Positions 9,868 through 21,240 of a DNA stretch of 64,000 bases are shown piece by piece. The notes under the pieces are model-generated. The model did not search any database. It saw nothing but the letters and a program-made list of their open reading frames with translations, and was not told the origin of the DNA. The first letter of the stretch is position 1. The number at the start of each line of letters is the position of its first letter. A program made the translations under genes and the position numbers. The stretch comes from Alphaproteobacteria bacterium (GTDB lineage: Bacteria; Pseudomonadota; Alphaproteobacteria; UBA7879): NCBI GenBank assembly GCA_965178295.1, contig CBCXTT010000003.1, positions 88,114-152,113 of the forward strand. Direction: 5' to 3'.

Positions 9868-11193
9868 ATGCGCACACTTAAAATATTTACCTATTTTTTT
9901 CTTGCCTCTTTTTTGTTTTTTGATGCTCGAGCTGGCGTTTTAGATAATATAACGGGCAAAACACGCAGGCAAGTTGTTAGTACATTGTCGAAACTAGCGT
10001 CTACAGTAGAGTTATGGATTATCAATCAACAGATGTTGGATATGCGTCGAAAGATTATGGGCGGCCATCAGCAAAAAGTTGCGCTCCAATCCTTTGACAA
10101 AGGCGCTGGAAAAGACAAAAAAGGCCATAAGAAAAGCCATTTACCTCAATCCGCACAAGGATACTTTGAGACAAGCGCACAATCTCAAGACCCTGAGGCC
10201 CCCACTCAAGTTGATTTACTGAATGAACGAGAAAAGCATTTGAGCCGTCATAGCGCAACATCACGCGGTGTTAGCACTATTCAACGAGAAGCGGATAACT
10301 TAGTTGCTAAATTTACACAAGAACTCCAAGATGCACTTGTCTCAATGAAAGCAGAAAAAGAGGTGTTGGAAGAAAATCTCGAAAAAGCTAAAACCACTAA
10401 AACAGATCCCGGGTGGTTTATGCAGTACGGCGCGACTGTTGCAGAAAAACTCGGTGGTCTTGGAAGCACACTGAGTAGTGCGATGCAAGGATTGGAGGAT
10501 TCATCAGAAAAACGAAAAATGGAAAAAGTTGGAGAACTTTCAACTAAGCTTTCCAAGGCAGTTGCAGAAATTCAGTCACTGGAAGCCAAAATAAGAAATG
10601 TGAAGACAAATAATGAATATAGAGAGAAAAAAGCGAAATTAACAGCCAAAGTTTCTCGACTTCACAGTAATTTAGCAGATGTTCAGAGACAGATTGATCA
10701 AGTGTTTTCCACGCTTCTGTTGACGTATGGTGATGATGCAGAGCGCTTAGCTAAAAAGCGGGTACAACTTATCCATGCAACAGGTTGTCATGGTGATACA
10801 AATGAAAAATTAGGGGCATGCGCAGCAGACTATGGAGCATTTCTGAAAAAGAAGTTGCCAAAAGCAAAATGGCCAAGCTGCAGTTTTCTCTATGCTGAAG
10901 GAGAAGAAATTGTTGATAAAGAGGGAAACATAAGGCACCCCCTTGAGCTTTTGGAAATGATTCATCAATGTCAGCTAGATTATCTCACGAAGTATGCTTG
11001 TAAAAAACAAGATCTAAAAAGCGAGGTTTGTCGTGAAAAAATTGTGAAAATGATTCAGAAAAAACTAAGCAAGATTCGCAAAAAACTAGGAAAAAATGTA
11101 GCGGAAAAATGTGAGCGCATTACAGCTAAGTCTGGCTTAACTGCCGATGCAGTGCAATGTCTGGCACTTTCGGCTTCTGAGGGTTGGTCTTAA
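9868..11193 (+). CDS. Hypothetical secreted protein with a signal peptide, a long coiled-coil/charged middle and a Cys-rich C-terminal domain. The ORF track start 9754 is probably too far upstream.
   Basis: GGAGG Shine-Dalgarno at 9857-9861, 6 nt before the ATG at 9868. The N-terminus MRTLKIFTYFFLASFLFFDARAG looks like a signal peptide. No family recognised. Confidence 0.5.
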   Translation: MRTLKIFTYFFLASFLFFDARAGVLDNITGKTRRQVVSTLSKLASTVELWIINQQMLDMRRKIMGGHQQKVALQSFDKGAGKDKKGHKKSHLPQSAQGYFETSAQSQDPEAPTQVDLLNEREKHLSRHSATSRGVSTIQREADNLVAKFTQELQDALVSMKAEKEVLEENLEKAKTTKTDPGWFMQYGATVAEKLGGLGSTLSSAMQGLEDSSEKRKMEKVGELSTKLSKAVAEIQSLEAKIRNVKTNNEYREKKAKLTAKVSRLHSNLADVQRQIDQVFSTLLLTYGDDAERLAKKRVQLIHATGCHGDTNEKLGACAADYGAFLKKKLPKAKWPSCSFLYAEGEEIVDKEGNIRHPLELLEMIHQCQLDYLTKYACKKQDLKSEVCREKIVKMIQKKLSKIRKKLGKNVAEKCERITAKSGLTADAVQCLALSASEGWS

Positions 11194-11206
11194 AGGTAGT
11201 CTTTAT

Positions 11207-11246
11207 CAAAAAAGCGGCCCAGAAGAGGTATGGCGCCGCTTTTTTT
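11207..11246 (+). terminator. Rho-independent terminator candidate after the hypothetical secreted-protein gene
   Basis: GC stem agcggc…gccgct followed by a T7 run (aaaaagcggcccagaagaggtatggcgccgcttttttt). Confidence 0.5.
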
Positions 11247-11936
11247 GGGTGGATATGGGGCTCTATTTCCGGAAACTGTACAATATTTTTTTTCAAAATA
11301 CCTTAAGATTATCCAGGGAAAACTCTCTCCCGTCTTTGTGTGTGAAGGATCGGAAATGACATCCACGAAATTTTTGTTCTTAGCTTCTCGTTCTGCTCAT
11401 GCTTGTCTCTTTTTAAGAAAATGGTTAAGTTTTTAGAAATCCAGTGATAAGAATTATTTATTTTTTTGAACGAAGCCATCAGAACATTATAGAGCACGTA
11501 ACGATTGCATGACAATAATAGTTTGAGTCCTCTTAGGTCTATTTTTGAAAAGACCAGAGGAGTGCCTATTATCTTGGAGGGGTCATTTTGATCAAGAGAT
11601 GCACTTTTTGAATATTAACAATTCCCTTTTTAATTGCGCCCTTACGCAACACCACAATATGCGTCATGCAGTTTAACGAGAGTAGGGATACGATGTTTCA
11701 AGTCACTTCTTTTCCAAGGCTGGTTCGGGGATTGACAGACCGATTTATTATTAAATTTTTCTGCATATATTGTTCATTTTTGTTCTGTAGCATCATAGGA
11801 ATGTTAGGTATAATTTCCATACAAAATGGCTCCCCTCTCTATGCATCTGTGTTATATATTGCTCATATAATGATAAAGTTATGTATAGTTGATAGTCGAT
11901 GGCCATCGTATACAACAATCTTTTTAGGAGAATACA

Positions 11937-13142
11937 GTGCGTCCTAATATAACCGATCTTCATTATAGGCAATATTGCATTGTAGGGTTTGTTATGGCCA
12001 TGGTTATGGGTGTTACTGTTGCGACAACATCTTTTGGCTTGGCCTTTCAAGAGTTGATCGCTCATCAATTCTATGGTTCCGAGCTCTACGTTGTACTTGG
12101 TGAGATTTCTATAGCCCTCTCTTTTGTACCTCTGATGTTCTTGTCAGGCTTGATGCGTAAATACTCTCCGAAGACGATTGTAATCTGGCAAGTGTTTTCT
12201 ATGGCAGGATGTATACTTCTTTTTGCATTGATGAGGGAACATGAGTTCTCTTATGTTTTTCCCACACTTGTTTTGGCGCTAATCCACATGTTTTATCCTG
12301 TTACAACAACGATTCTACACCATAATTTGCCAGATAGTGTTCGCTCTACATTTCAAGGAATCTATAACGTCTTTTTTGGGCTATCTTTGACCGTTTCTCC
12401 GGCATTGATTAGACATTTTTATGCGCACATGGATATGCTGTATTTATTCACAACGGGTCTTTGTTTACTCTTTATTGTTCCTGCTGCGTTTTTAAAACAA
12501 GAATTTTTTGCCGCACCCCAAGCAGAGGTGGCGCAGGGTAAAAATGTCAAGACTAAAAATCATTGGTATAACAATTTTTCTATCGTTAATAGCAATCCTC
12601 TTATGTACGTCATTGTCACAGCAGTGTCTGCAAATGGTGCACTAGCAATGCTTATCGTATTTTTTGGAAAAAGTTATCATGTAGATATGATGGCAGTTGA
12701 TCACATGATGGAAATTTTTATGCTAGGAGGTGTCATTCTATCAATCCCTGTAGGCGTTATTGCGGATAAATTTGGTATTGTACGTTCATTTATGTCAATG
12801 ATTGTCCTAGCTCTTTTAACATCCGGTATTTTTGCACTGTCTAACGGGGATGTGGTTCCTAACGAGTTAGCGCTCTTCTTTTTTGGTGGTGCGCAATCCT
12901 GTTTGTACATGTTAATGTTTTCTTATCTGGGGCGTATTTTTAAAGGCGCAGACCTTGTTCCTGCCAATGCTGGGACTGCATCATATATGCTTTTTGCCAA
13001 ACTTCTATTCATCCAGCTGTATGGATGGCTTCTGGACAGTTATAGCCACTATGGGTTAATGCGGTTTATATTTTCTTTAAATGCGTTGGTTTTGCTCATT
13101 ATGGTTTTTATGATAAACGACCAAGATAAGACTGCAGCATAG
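11937..13142 (+). CDS. Polytopic inner-membrane protein, possibly an MFS-type transporter; GTG start
   Basis: About 10-12 hydrophobic helices spread through 401 aa. No specific family motif recognised. Confidence 0.45.
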   Translation: MRPNITDLHYRQYCIVGFVMAMVMGVTVATTSFGLAFQELIAHQFYGSELYVVLGEISIALSFVPLMFLSGLMRKYSPKTIVIWQVFSMAGCILLFALMREHEFSYVFPTLVLALIHMFYPVTTTILHHNLPDSVRSTFQGIYNVFFGLSLTVSPALIRHFYAHMDMLYLFTTGLCLLFIVPAAFLKQEFFAAPQAEVAQGKNVKTKNHWYNNFSIVNSNPLMYVIVTAVSANGALAMLIVFFGKSYHVDMMAVDHMMEIFMLGGVILSIPVGVIADKFGIVRSFMSMIVLALLTSGIFALSNGDVVPNELALFFFGGAQSCLYMLMFSYLGRIFKGADLVPANAGTASYMLFAKLLFIQLYGWLLDSYSHYGLMRFIFSLNALVLLIMVFMINDQDKTAA

Positions 13143-13714
13143 GAAAAACATTGAGAATTTTCTGTATTGTTATATTGCTATACAGTTTTTATACAAGCTG
13201 ACGATTGGCCTTAATGGCATTAGCACTGTCCTAACTTTTGTTTCAGTTGACGCATGACGTTGAACACATTGTTTCACAATCTATCAGCAGGAGGATTTTC
13301 TGCTACAAAATAAACAACGATCGTTACCATAATTATGGAGCCTCATAGCAACACTAGAGCACTGCATTGCAGGTACAGAGTGTCGATGCAAATCATGGAA
13401 GTGGTATTTCTTTTGAGCACCCAAAATATGTGTTTAAACTTTTTCACCGTCTTCAATCGCCATTATATATATTTTGATAGCGGGCACGGGATTGTGTGTC
13501 AAAAATTTATTTACAAAGTGGCTCTCACCTTTCTATATAATCTTTAAAAGATTAGGACATAATTGCGTATGCTATCTTTTAAAAGAAGAAACAGCCTAAA
13601 ATTCCAATGTCCATGCACCGCGCCATATCGCATGTAGTATTGAAATTTTTGGCGTTCCCAACTATAATGCGCTCATAGATTTTGTATGATACACGATTGA
13701 GAGAGCGCAGATAA

Positions 13715-14461
13715 ATGGCTGGTCATTCCAAATTTAAAAATATTATGCACCGAAAAAGTGCGCAAGATAAAAACCGAGCCAAAGTTTTTACAAAGCTAAT
13801 TCGAGAACTAACTGTTGCAGCTACGCTCAGTCCTGATCCAGGTGCAAATCCACGATTGAGAACAGCTCTCTCTGCTGCCCGGGCTTCCAATATGCCAAAA
13901 GACACCGTGGAACGTGCTGTCAACAAAGGTTCTGGTGGTGACGATGGAGTCGAATATTGCGCAATGCGTTATGAAGGCTATGGTCCCGGTGGTGTTGCTG
14001 TTATCGTAGAAACATTGACAGACAATAAAAATCGTACAGCCGCAGAAATTCGTTCTATTTTTGGAAAAATGGGAGGCAACATGGGCGCCATTAACAGTGT
14101 GAGTTTTCAATTTGATTACTTGGGATGTATTACCTATCCGTGCACGATGACTGATCACGATACGCTATTTGAGATAGCAGCTGAGTCTGGAGCTGACGAT
14201 CTAGAGGAGACAGAGGAAAGTTACGATATTTACTATGCTGCTGATCAGCTACACCACGCCCGAGAGGCCCTGTCAAAAAGACTGGGCGACCCTTCTAGTG
14301 CACAGCTTACCTGGAAGCCAAAAATATTGATGCCCGTTACAAATAAAGGTCATGCAAAAACACTACTCAAACTTATTGAGGCTCTAGGAGACAATGATGA
14401 TGTGCAAAGCGTTGTCGCTAATTTTGATATGGATGCACGATTCATGAACGAACTACTGTAG
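13715..14461 (+). CDS. yebC: YebC/PmpR family DNA-binding regulator
   Basis: MAGHSKFKNIMHRK… N-terminus, diagnostic for YebC. It sits directly upstream of ruvC, as is typical. Confidence 0.85.
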   Translation: MAGHSKFKNIMHRKSAQDKNRAKVFTKLIRELTVAATLSPDPGANPRLRTALSAARASNMPKDTVERAVNKGSGGDDGVEYCAMRYEGYGPGGVAVIVETLTDNKNRTAAEIRSIFGKMGGNMGAINSVSFQFDYLGCITYPCTMTDHDTLFEIAAESGADDLEETEESYDIYYAADQLHHAREALSKRLGDPSSAQLTWKPKILMPVTNKGHAKTLLKLIEALGDNDDVQSVVANFDMDARFMNELL

Positions 14462-14475
14462 GATCATAAAAGTAT

Positions 14476-14967
14476 ATGACGCGCATTATTGGTTTCGATC
14501 CCGGCCTACGGAATACAGGGTGGGGCATTATTGAGCATGCCAGCAACACTTTGTCATATGTTGCTCACGGTGTCGTCCGGCCACCGGAGAAAGCGCCATT
14601 AGGCGACCGTCTTGCTCATCTCTTTATGAACTTAGAGGGCGTGCTCGATCTGTACAGGCCGGACATGGCTGCTGTGGAAGAAGTGTTTGTGAGCCAACAT
14701 GTGACCTCAACCCTGAAACTTGGTATGGCGCGTGGTGTTGTACTTCTTGCGCCAGCCTACAAAGCAATACCTGTGGGAGAATATGGGGCTAATAAAGTCA
14801 AGAAAACAATTGTCGGTGCTGGACACGCAGGAAAAAACCAAATGATCTCTATGGTAGGTCATCTTTTGCCAAAAGCCAAAAATATAACAGAAGATGCAGC
14901 TGACGCACTGGCCGTTGCGATTTGCCATGCACATCATTGGACGATAAACTGTAGAGTCGGGGCGTAG
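14476..14967 (+). CDS. ruvC: Crossover junction endodeoxyribonuclease RuvC
   Basis: IIGFDPGLRNTGWGII… RuvC fold; part of the ruvC-ruvA-ruvB order. Confidence 0.9.
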   Translation: MTRIIGFDPGLRNTGWGIIEHASNTLSYVAHGVVRPPEKAPLGDRLAHLFMNLEGVLDLYRPDMAAVEEVFVSQHVTSTLKLGMARGVVLLAPAYKAIPVGEYGANKVKKTIVGAGHAGKNQMISMVGHLLPKAKNITEDAADALAVAICHAHHWTINCRVGA

Positions 14968-14976
14968 AGAATAAAA

Positions 14977-15585
14977 ATGATTGCACAATTAACGGGCATA
15001 GTAAAACACACAGGCACTGCACATCTTATCATCGACGTGAACGGCGTTGGTTACCTTGTCTATACATCTAAACAAACCATCGCACATCTCACAGGTGATA
15101 TTGTGTGCCTTTATGTTGAGACGCTTATGAAGAGTGAGCAGCTTGCCCTTTACGGATTTTCAACACGAGAAGAGCAATCTTGTTTCAATCTTTTGATCAC
15201 AGTACAAGGTGTTGGCCCTAAAATGGCAATTTCTATATTATCTGCACTCATGCCTGCTCAAGTGTTCGGTAGCATACGTACTCAAGATCACATGTCATTC
15301 ACACAAGCAGAAGGTGTTGGCCCAAAACTCGCGCAGCGTATTGTGCGAGAATTAAAAGACAAAGCAGGACAAGTCGATACTGTGTTCATGCCCAACAGCA
15401 CAGCGTCGGACCCTATGAGAGCGCATATTAGAAACGATGCCCTATCTGCGTTATTGAATTTAGGGTACAAGCGCTCTGACGCAGAAGCGGTCTTCAATAA
15501 AATTGCAGAGAAAGAATCTATGACTGTATCTGCGCTTATCACGTGCGCTCTAAAAAAATTGGATAGATCTTCTTATGACTATTGA
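14977..15585 (+). CDS. ruvA: Holliday junction helicase subunit RuvA
   Basis: MIAQLTGIV… with HhH motifs (GVGPKMA, GVGPKLA). Confidence 0.9.
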   Translation: MIAQLTGIVKHTGTAHLIIDVNGVGYLVYTSKQTIAHLTGDIVCLYVETLMKSEQLALYGFSTREEQSCFNLLITVQGVGPKMAISILSALMPAQVFGSIRTQDHMSFTQAEGVGPKLAQRIVRELKDKAGQVDTVFMPNSTASDPMRAHIRNDALSALLNLGYKRSDAEAVFNKIAEKESMTVSALITCALKKLDRSSYDY

Positions 15586-16603
15586 TCGCTTGCTCACCCC
15601 AGAAGAACAGCCTCAAGATCAAGATAAGGCATTCGTAGATGTCGCACTTAGGCCAACAACGCTCAAAGACTTTGTTGGCCAAAAAAAATCCTGCGAGAAT
15701 TTATCCATCTTTATTTTATCTGCTACGCAACGAAAACAAGCCTTAGATCACGTTTTATTGTATGGCCCTCCAGGTTTGGGCAAGACAACACTGGCACACA
15801 TTATCTCAAAAGAAATGGGTGTGGGATTTCGCTCAACATCTGGCCCCATAATTTCTAAAGCGGGAGATCTTGCCGCAATTTTGACTAATCTAGAGCCCTT
15901 TGATGTGCTCTTTATTGACGAAATACATCGATTGGCTCCAGCAGTCGAAGAGGTGCTATACCCTTCAATTGAGGACTTTAAACTCGATATTATCATTGGA
16001 GAAGGCCCCTCAGCGCGATCCATACAAATTGATCTTCCGCCTTTTACTTTGATTGGGGCAACCACAAGATCAGGATTAATCACAAGACCGTTGCGAGAAC
16101 GATTTGGTATCCCCCTTCCTTTGCAGTTTTATGCACCGGAAGAGCTGCAGAGCATTATCTCAACAAATGCGAAAAAACTTAACATGAATTTAACTACAGA
16201 TGGTGCGCTAGAAATTGCTAAACGCTGCCGTGGAACGCCCCGTATCGCAGGGCGTTTACTCCGCCGTGTGCGTGACATTTCGACGGTACAAAACCTCAAT
16301 ATAATCAATGCGCATACAGCAGATACGGCATTAAAACAACTGGAAATTGATAACAAAGGCTTTGATGCCATGGATCGACGATATTTGAGCAGTATTTCTA
16401 GCAATTACGAAGGTGGGCCGGTTGGCATTGATACCTTATCTGCTTCCCTATCTGAGCAACGCGATGTACTGGAGGATGTGATCGAGCCATACCTGATCCA
16501 ACAGGGATTTATCATTCGAACGCCCAGGGGGAGGAAACTGACACAAAAAGCCTTCCATCATCTCGAACTGGATGCACCACAGAGAGATTTTTTTGAGGAA
16601 TAA
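15575..16603 (+). CDS. ruvB: Holliday junction helicase subunit RuvB
   Basis: Walker [12 protein letters not shown], Walker [11 protein letters not shown] and sensor RGTPRIA. Confidence 0.9.
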   Translation: MTIDRLLTPEEQPQDQDKAFVDVALRPTTLKDFVGQKKSCENLSIFILSATQRKQALDHVLLYGPPGLGKTTLAHIISKEMGVGFRSTSGPIISKAGDLAAILTNLEPFDVLFIDEIHRLAPAVEEVLYPSIEDFKLDIIIGEGPSARSIQIDLPPFTLIGATTRSGLITRPLRERFGIPLPLQFYAPEELQSIISTNAKKLNMNLTTDGALEIAKRCRGTPRIAGRLLRRVRDISTVQNLNIINAHTADTALKQLEIDNKGFDAMDRRYLSSISSNYEGGPVGIDTLSASLSEQRDVLEDVIEPYLIQQGFIIRTPRGRKLTQKAFHHLELDAPQRDFFEE

Positions 16604-17860
16604 AGAGGGGCGGTTCCCCTTATAGATCTACTCTGGATCACATAGATCTCTCGCATCATCGAGAAGGAGAAAGTACACAAGCGTTATCTACTGTTGTGCT
16701 GAACATGCAGATATCGCTGTCGGCCTTAATAAGGCCAGAGTGTTTGTGCTTTGGAACGCGGGCGCTAGATGTGTGGTGCTGCCTTGGGGTGGAGCGAGCA
16801 AAGAAGAGAGAAGATTAACTGCATTGTCTATCATACTGATGCTTTTCTGGTATGACTTCATGAGAAAAATAAATTTCTTTGTACTACGCATTAGGCATCC
16901 GATCAGAATGACAATAGACGATCTCGTGTAAAATAAATTTTACAAGACTGAAGATTAGGACTGGGATGATATTGTGATGCCGCACTTGAGCACGATAAAT
17001 ATGTAGCATGCCGGTACATAAGGAGCCCTTTCTTGAAAATCCTGACGTATGGTTTATTAAGGAGATGTTGATTCTCTAGACCTACATAATGCAACGCAGG
17101 TGCATAGTGTTTTCTGATCTTTTGGGACATCGTTGGCACTGCGTCAGTGTTACAGGGCTTGAGAAGCGTAATATTGGCATGTTAGGTAATACGGTCATAC
17201 CATCTATATGGTAATAGATCGTGTCAAAACTTCCTATTCATGTGATTGAGAGGATACAATAGAAAGTGCGGAGGGCTTGCTCTATGATAGTCCTGCCTAC
17301 CTACTGGCACAGAACAGGCCTTCTGGAATATCGGAGGGCAGGGATAGGCATAGAGAATTTCTGAAGTCAACATCTGTCGCAGAGTGTGAGAAGAATTATA
17401 TTCTTCTGTGCCTCCAAATATTGCACATGCCTCCTGGGATAGTAATTTTATTGAGTGACACAATTGATGCATGACAACTCCAGCGTGTTCAGGTGAATGC
17501 GCCGCGCTTTAGTCGAGATTGACAATAAGTGTGTGAGGGGCTTCGCTTGTATTCAGCTCTTATAAACTACACACGCATGCTATGTATCATTTGATACAAC
17601 TGTGTTGCTTGTCTGTAAGTCCCAAAAAAAGAGGCGATGATAGTGATTGTACAATGCCATTTTACTAGGTGAGCATGAATCATGATCGATCTGTGTATGT
17701 TGTGTATGTATAGAAGCAATACACTTTACTTTCACAAGTGCGCACGATGGTGGTATCTACATTGACTTTACGGTCTTTAATGAAAGATAAGACACTGAAA
17801 GTCCTAATTGTCTATATGTTGGTATTTGAGTGTTTCGTCTCTGTTGTAGATGCAACTTTT

Positions 17861-17890
17861 ATATAGGCACGTATTATATAGGCACGTATT
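17861..17890. repeat. Perfect 15-bp tandem duplication (atataggcacgtatt x2) inside the 1.75-kb ruvB-uvrC gap
   Basis: Read directly from the sequence. Confidence 0.9.
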
Positions 17891-18355
17891 GTGTCCATCC
17901 AAGGTATGTGCAAACCAATCTCAGATTGTGCATTGCTCCTTACTGGATAGGCTATCGGTCTTCTATCAACATATTTTGTCTATACGTATATTAGACAAAT
18001 TATAGCATATCGCCTGTTATATTGCGTGTATCAATAGATTGTGCACGTCTTATAACCGGAGAATGTGTGGTGTGATACTAAGAAGCTCGTTTTCCTGTGT
18101 TGCATGAGTACATGCATTTGCAGTCAGCGCTCGTTATCCTTGCATAGCAAATCAGCGCATAATCGTTGATAGTGTAGAAATGGAAAGCATAGTCTCTAAA
18201 TGTTACGTGCGCTCTACGAGTAATGAACGTTACATTTACTTCTGCGCCAATTCTAGTCTATCCAATGCTATTGTTCTCAGGGCGCTACCCCTTGTAGTAC
18301 TCCATCATTGATTTTCTAACCTTGTTTTGTATATCGCAATGAAAATGTTACACTA

Positions 18356-20212
18356 ATGTTGAATCAGAGCAACTCAAGGTGTATGTCAATGACTTTTGTT
18401 GGTAAAGGGGTGGCAGTGATTAAGGCGCAGGCAAAGGTTCTGAGTGAAAATCCGGGTGTTTATCGTATGCTAGGCGAGGATCATGATGCGCTCTACATAG
18501 GCAAGGCAAAGAATTTGAAAAAACGTGTTGCGTCTTATGCACATCCAGACAGTCTACCGATGCGTATTCAGCATATGATTTCTCTCACACGCACGATGGA
18601 ATTTTTCGTGTGCGATAATGAAGCGTCCGCACTTATACTAGAGGCAACACTGATTAAGAGACTCAAGCCCCGGTTTAATGTTCTTATGCGTGACGATAAA
18701 AGTTTTCCACATCTTTTAATTACCAAAGACCATCGCTCACCACAACTTTTGAAGCATCGAGGCGTACAAAGCGTTCCTGGGACGTACTTTGGTCCTTTTG
18801 CGTCTACACGTGCCGTGAATCACAGTGTTGATACGCTGACTAAAGTGTTTCAATTGCGCACATGCTCAGACCATGTGTTTAAAAATCGATCTCGACCATG
18901 TTTGCAATATCATCTCAAACGCTGTTCAGCACCATGTGTGGGGATGGTTTCAGACAGTGAGTATGCTAAAAATGTAGCACTGGCAAAGGATTTTTTAACG
19001 GGACGCACACAGCATATTCAACGAGTGCTTGAGGTGTGCATGCAAGAAGAAAGTGCCGTATGCCACTATGAAAAAGCTGCAGTGTTTCGCGACAGACTGC
19101 GTGCATTACACTGTGTGCAAGAGAATATAAATCATGATATGCCCCTTAAGAAAAGTGTGGATGTATTTGCAATTTTTGTGGCCGATGGCCGGGCCTGTAT
19201 AGAGGTATCTTTTTTTCGTAGTGGGCTTTCTTATGGAAATAAAGCCTACTTTCCAATCTATAGTGGAGATATAGACACATCAGATATTTTGAAAGCGTTT
19301 ATATTACAATTTTATCAGCGTTTTCCTGTGCCAAATACCATCTTGTTGAACCAAGATATTGCCGATCAAGCTCTTCTGGAGCATGGTTTGAGAGAGTTGG
19401 CGGGACATGACGTGTCAGTGCGCATCCCTAAACGAGGACAACTGGTGAAGCCTGTCGCTGCCGCTTTTCACAATGCACAGTTGGCCTTAGAACGGAAATT
19501 CCATAAGACTGTTGCGGATCAGGTGAATCTTCAGGTGATCGCCAAGTGCTTTGAGTGCGCAGAGGAAATAAAGCGAATTGAGGTTTATGATAATAGCCAC
19601 TTATTCGGCACATCCCCAAAAGGTGCGATGATTGTTGCTGGACTGGATGGTTTTGATAAAACGGCTTATCGTCAATTTTGCATACGGCGCGGCGCGGGTG
19701 CATTGGGCGATGATTGTGGTATGATGCGCGAAGTTTTAAGTCGGCGCTTTCAGGAGGCCGCACCAGAAAAATTTCCAGATTTGATCATTCTGGACGGTGG
19801 AAAGGGCCAACTAAATGCTGCTAAAAAAATCTTGAATGAATTAGATCTCTCTTTAAAAGTAGTCGCTATGGGAAAGGGCCCAAATCGCAATGCAGGAGAA
19901 GAGTGGTTTTATATGGAAAATAGAAAACCATTTCAGCTACCAAAAGATAGTAAAGAGCTTTATTATTTGCAGCGATTGAGGGATGAGAGCCATCGTTTTG
20001 CAATCAACGCACACAGGCAGGCACGTCGTAAAATTTCACATGCCTCGATATTGGATCAAGTGAGTGGGCTAGGACCTAAACGTAAAAACGCGCTTCTATA
20101 TTACTTTGGGTCTATAGCAAACGTAAAAAATTCGTCTGTAAAAGAGCTTGCAAAAGTGCCCGGAATTCATCAGTCTATTGCCAAATCTGTGTATGATTAT
20201 TTCCATGGATAG
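18356..20212 (+). CDS. uvrC: Excinuclease ABC subunit C. The true start may be the internal Met at 18383 or 18389.
   Basis: GIY-YIG N-terminus (PGVYRMLGEDHDALYIGKAKNLKKRVASY). C-terminal HhH region. Confidence 0.85.
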   Translation: MLNQSNSRCMSMTFVGKGVAVIKAQAKVLSENPGVYRMLGEDHDALYIGKAKNLKKRVASYAHPDSLPMRIQHMISLTRTMEFFVCDNEASALILEATLIKRLKPRFNVLMRDDKSFPHLLITKDHRSPQLLKHRGVQSVPGTYFGPFASTRAVNHSVDTLTKVFQLRTCSDHVFKNRSRPCLQYHLKRCSAPCVGMVSDSEYAKNVALAKDFLTGRTQHIQRVLEVCMQEESAVCHYEKAAVFRDRLRALHCVQENINHDMPLKKSVDVFAIFVADGRACIEVSFFRSGLSYGNKAYFPIYSGDIDTSDILKAFILQFYQRFPVPNTILLNQDIADQALLEHGLRELAGHDVSVRIPKRGQLVKPVAAAFHNAQLALERKFHKTVADQVNLQVIAKCFECAEEIKRIEVYDNSHLFGTSPKGAMIVAGLDGFDKTAYRQFCIRRGAGALGDDCGMMREVLSRRFQEAAPEKFPDLIILDGGKGQLNAAKKILNELDLSLKVVAMGKGPNRNAGEEWFYMENRKPFQLPKDSKELYYLQRLRDESHRFAINAHRQARRKISHASILDQVSGLGPKRKNALLYYFGSIANVKNSSVKELAKVPGIHQSIAKSVYDYFHG

Positions 20213-20214
20213 AA

Positions 20215-20787
20215 ATGTTTACAAGGTATGTTGAAATGGGCTTGCCAAATCTCCTCACTTTTTTAAGAATTGCCTTAATTATACCCTTTTGTATCTTGTT
20301 TTATGTGGACACTGATACAGCACGTTGGGTACAAATTGTGATTTTTTTAGTGGCATGTGCAACGGATTATTTTGACGGTTATTTGGCGAGGACACTGGGG
20401 CAGTTTTCCAAGATTGGGAGATTCTTAGACCCTATTGCCGACAAACTTTTAGTGGCAGTGACACTTTTATTTTTGTCTGGAAAAGGCGTCATCACTGGGG
20501 TGAATATGATTCCTGCTGCCATTATTCTTTCCAGAGAAATCCTTGTCTCAGGCCTGCGTGAATTTTTAGCAGAGCTGCATGTACCGATGCCGGTTACAAA
20601 AATGGCTCGGTGGAAAACAACCATTCAATTAACAGCCTTATGCGGGCTTTTAGGAGCCACTGGGGGATGGTTTACAATCTTTATACGTAATCTTGGCCTC
20701 TTATCTCTTTGGTTGGCCGCATTATTGACTATTTTAACAGGATATGATTATTTTCGTGCAGCACTCGGGTTTTTGAAAAAAGAGTAA
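20215..20787 (+). CDS. pgsA: CDP-diacylglycerol--glycerol-3-phosphate 3-phosphatidyltransferase
   Basis: CDP-alcohol phosphotransferase motif DYFDGYLAR…G…DPIADK. Confidence 0.8.
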   Translation: MFTRYVEMGLPNLLTFLRIALIIPFCILFYVDTDTARWVQIVIFLVACATDYFDGYLARTLGQFSKIGRFLDPIADKLLVAVTLLFLSGKGVITGVNMIPAAIILSREILVSGLREFLAELHVPMPVTKMARWKTTIQLTALCGLLGATGGWFTIFIRNLGLLSLWLAALLTILTGYDYFRAALGFLKKE

Positions 20788-20790
20788 GCA

Positions 20791-21240
20791 ATGCGACTTT
20801 GTTTATACGAGCCAGAAATACCACAAAACACAGGCACGATATTGCGGTTGGCTGCCTGTTTTGGTGTGGGTGTGGATATCATTGATCCATGTGGTTTTCT
20901 TCTCAGTGATCGCCGATTACGACGAGCAGGCATGGATTACATTGAGCATGTGGATATGATGCGTCATTCGGATTTTACGGATTTTATGGATCAAGCAGAT
21001 CGGGTTGTGCTGCTTAGCACGAAGACGTCCTTTCTTTATACGGATTTTGCATACCAGCCAGAAGATACATTAATGGTTGGCCGTGAAAGTGATGGAGTTC
21101 CTGCCCGTATAGAGAAGGAAATGATGCATCGTGTATGTATTCCTATGTGTGCGGGACAACGTTCAATGAATGTTGCTATTGCTATGAGTATAGTGCTAGG
21201 TGAAGCTTGCAGGCAAACAAACGGGCTTGATCATGGATGA
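20791..21240 (+). CDS. trmL: SpoU/TrmL-type tRNA (cytidine/uridine-2'-O)-methyltransferase
   Basis: MRLCLYEPEIPQNTGTILRLAACFG… SPOUT fold, 149 aa. Confidence 0.7.
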   Translation: MRLCLYEPEIPQNTGTILRLAACFGVGVDIIDPCGFLLSDRRLRRAGMDYIEHVDMMRHSDFTDFMDQADRVVLLSTKTSFLYTDFAYQPEDTLMVGRESDGVPARIEKEMMHRVCIPMCAGQRSMNVAIAMSIVLGEACRQTNGLDHG

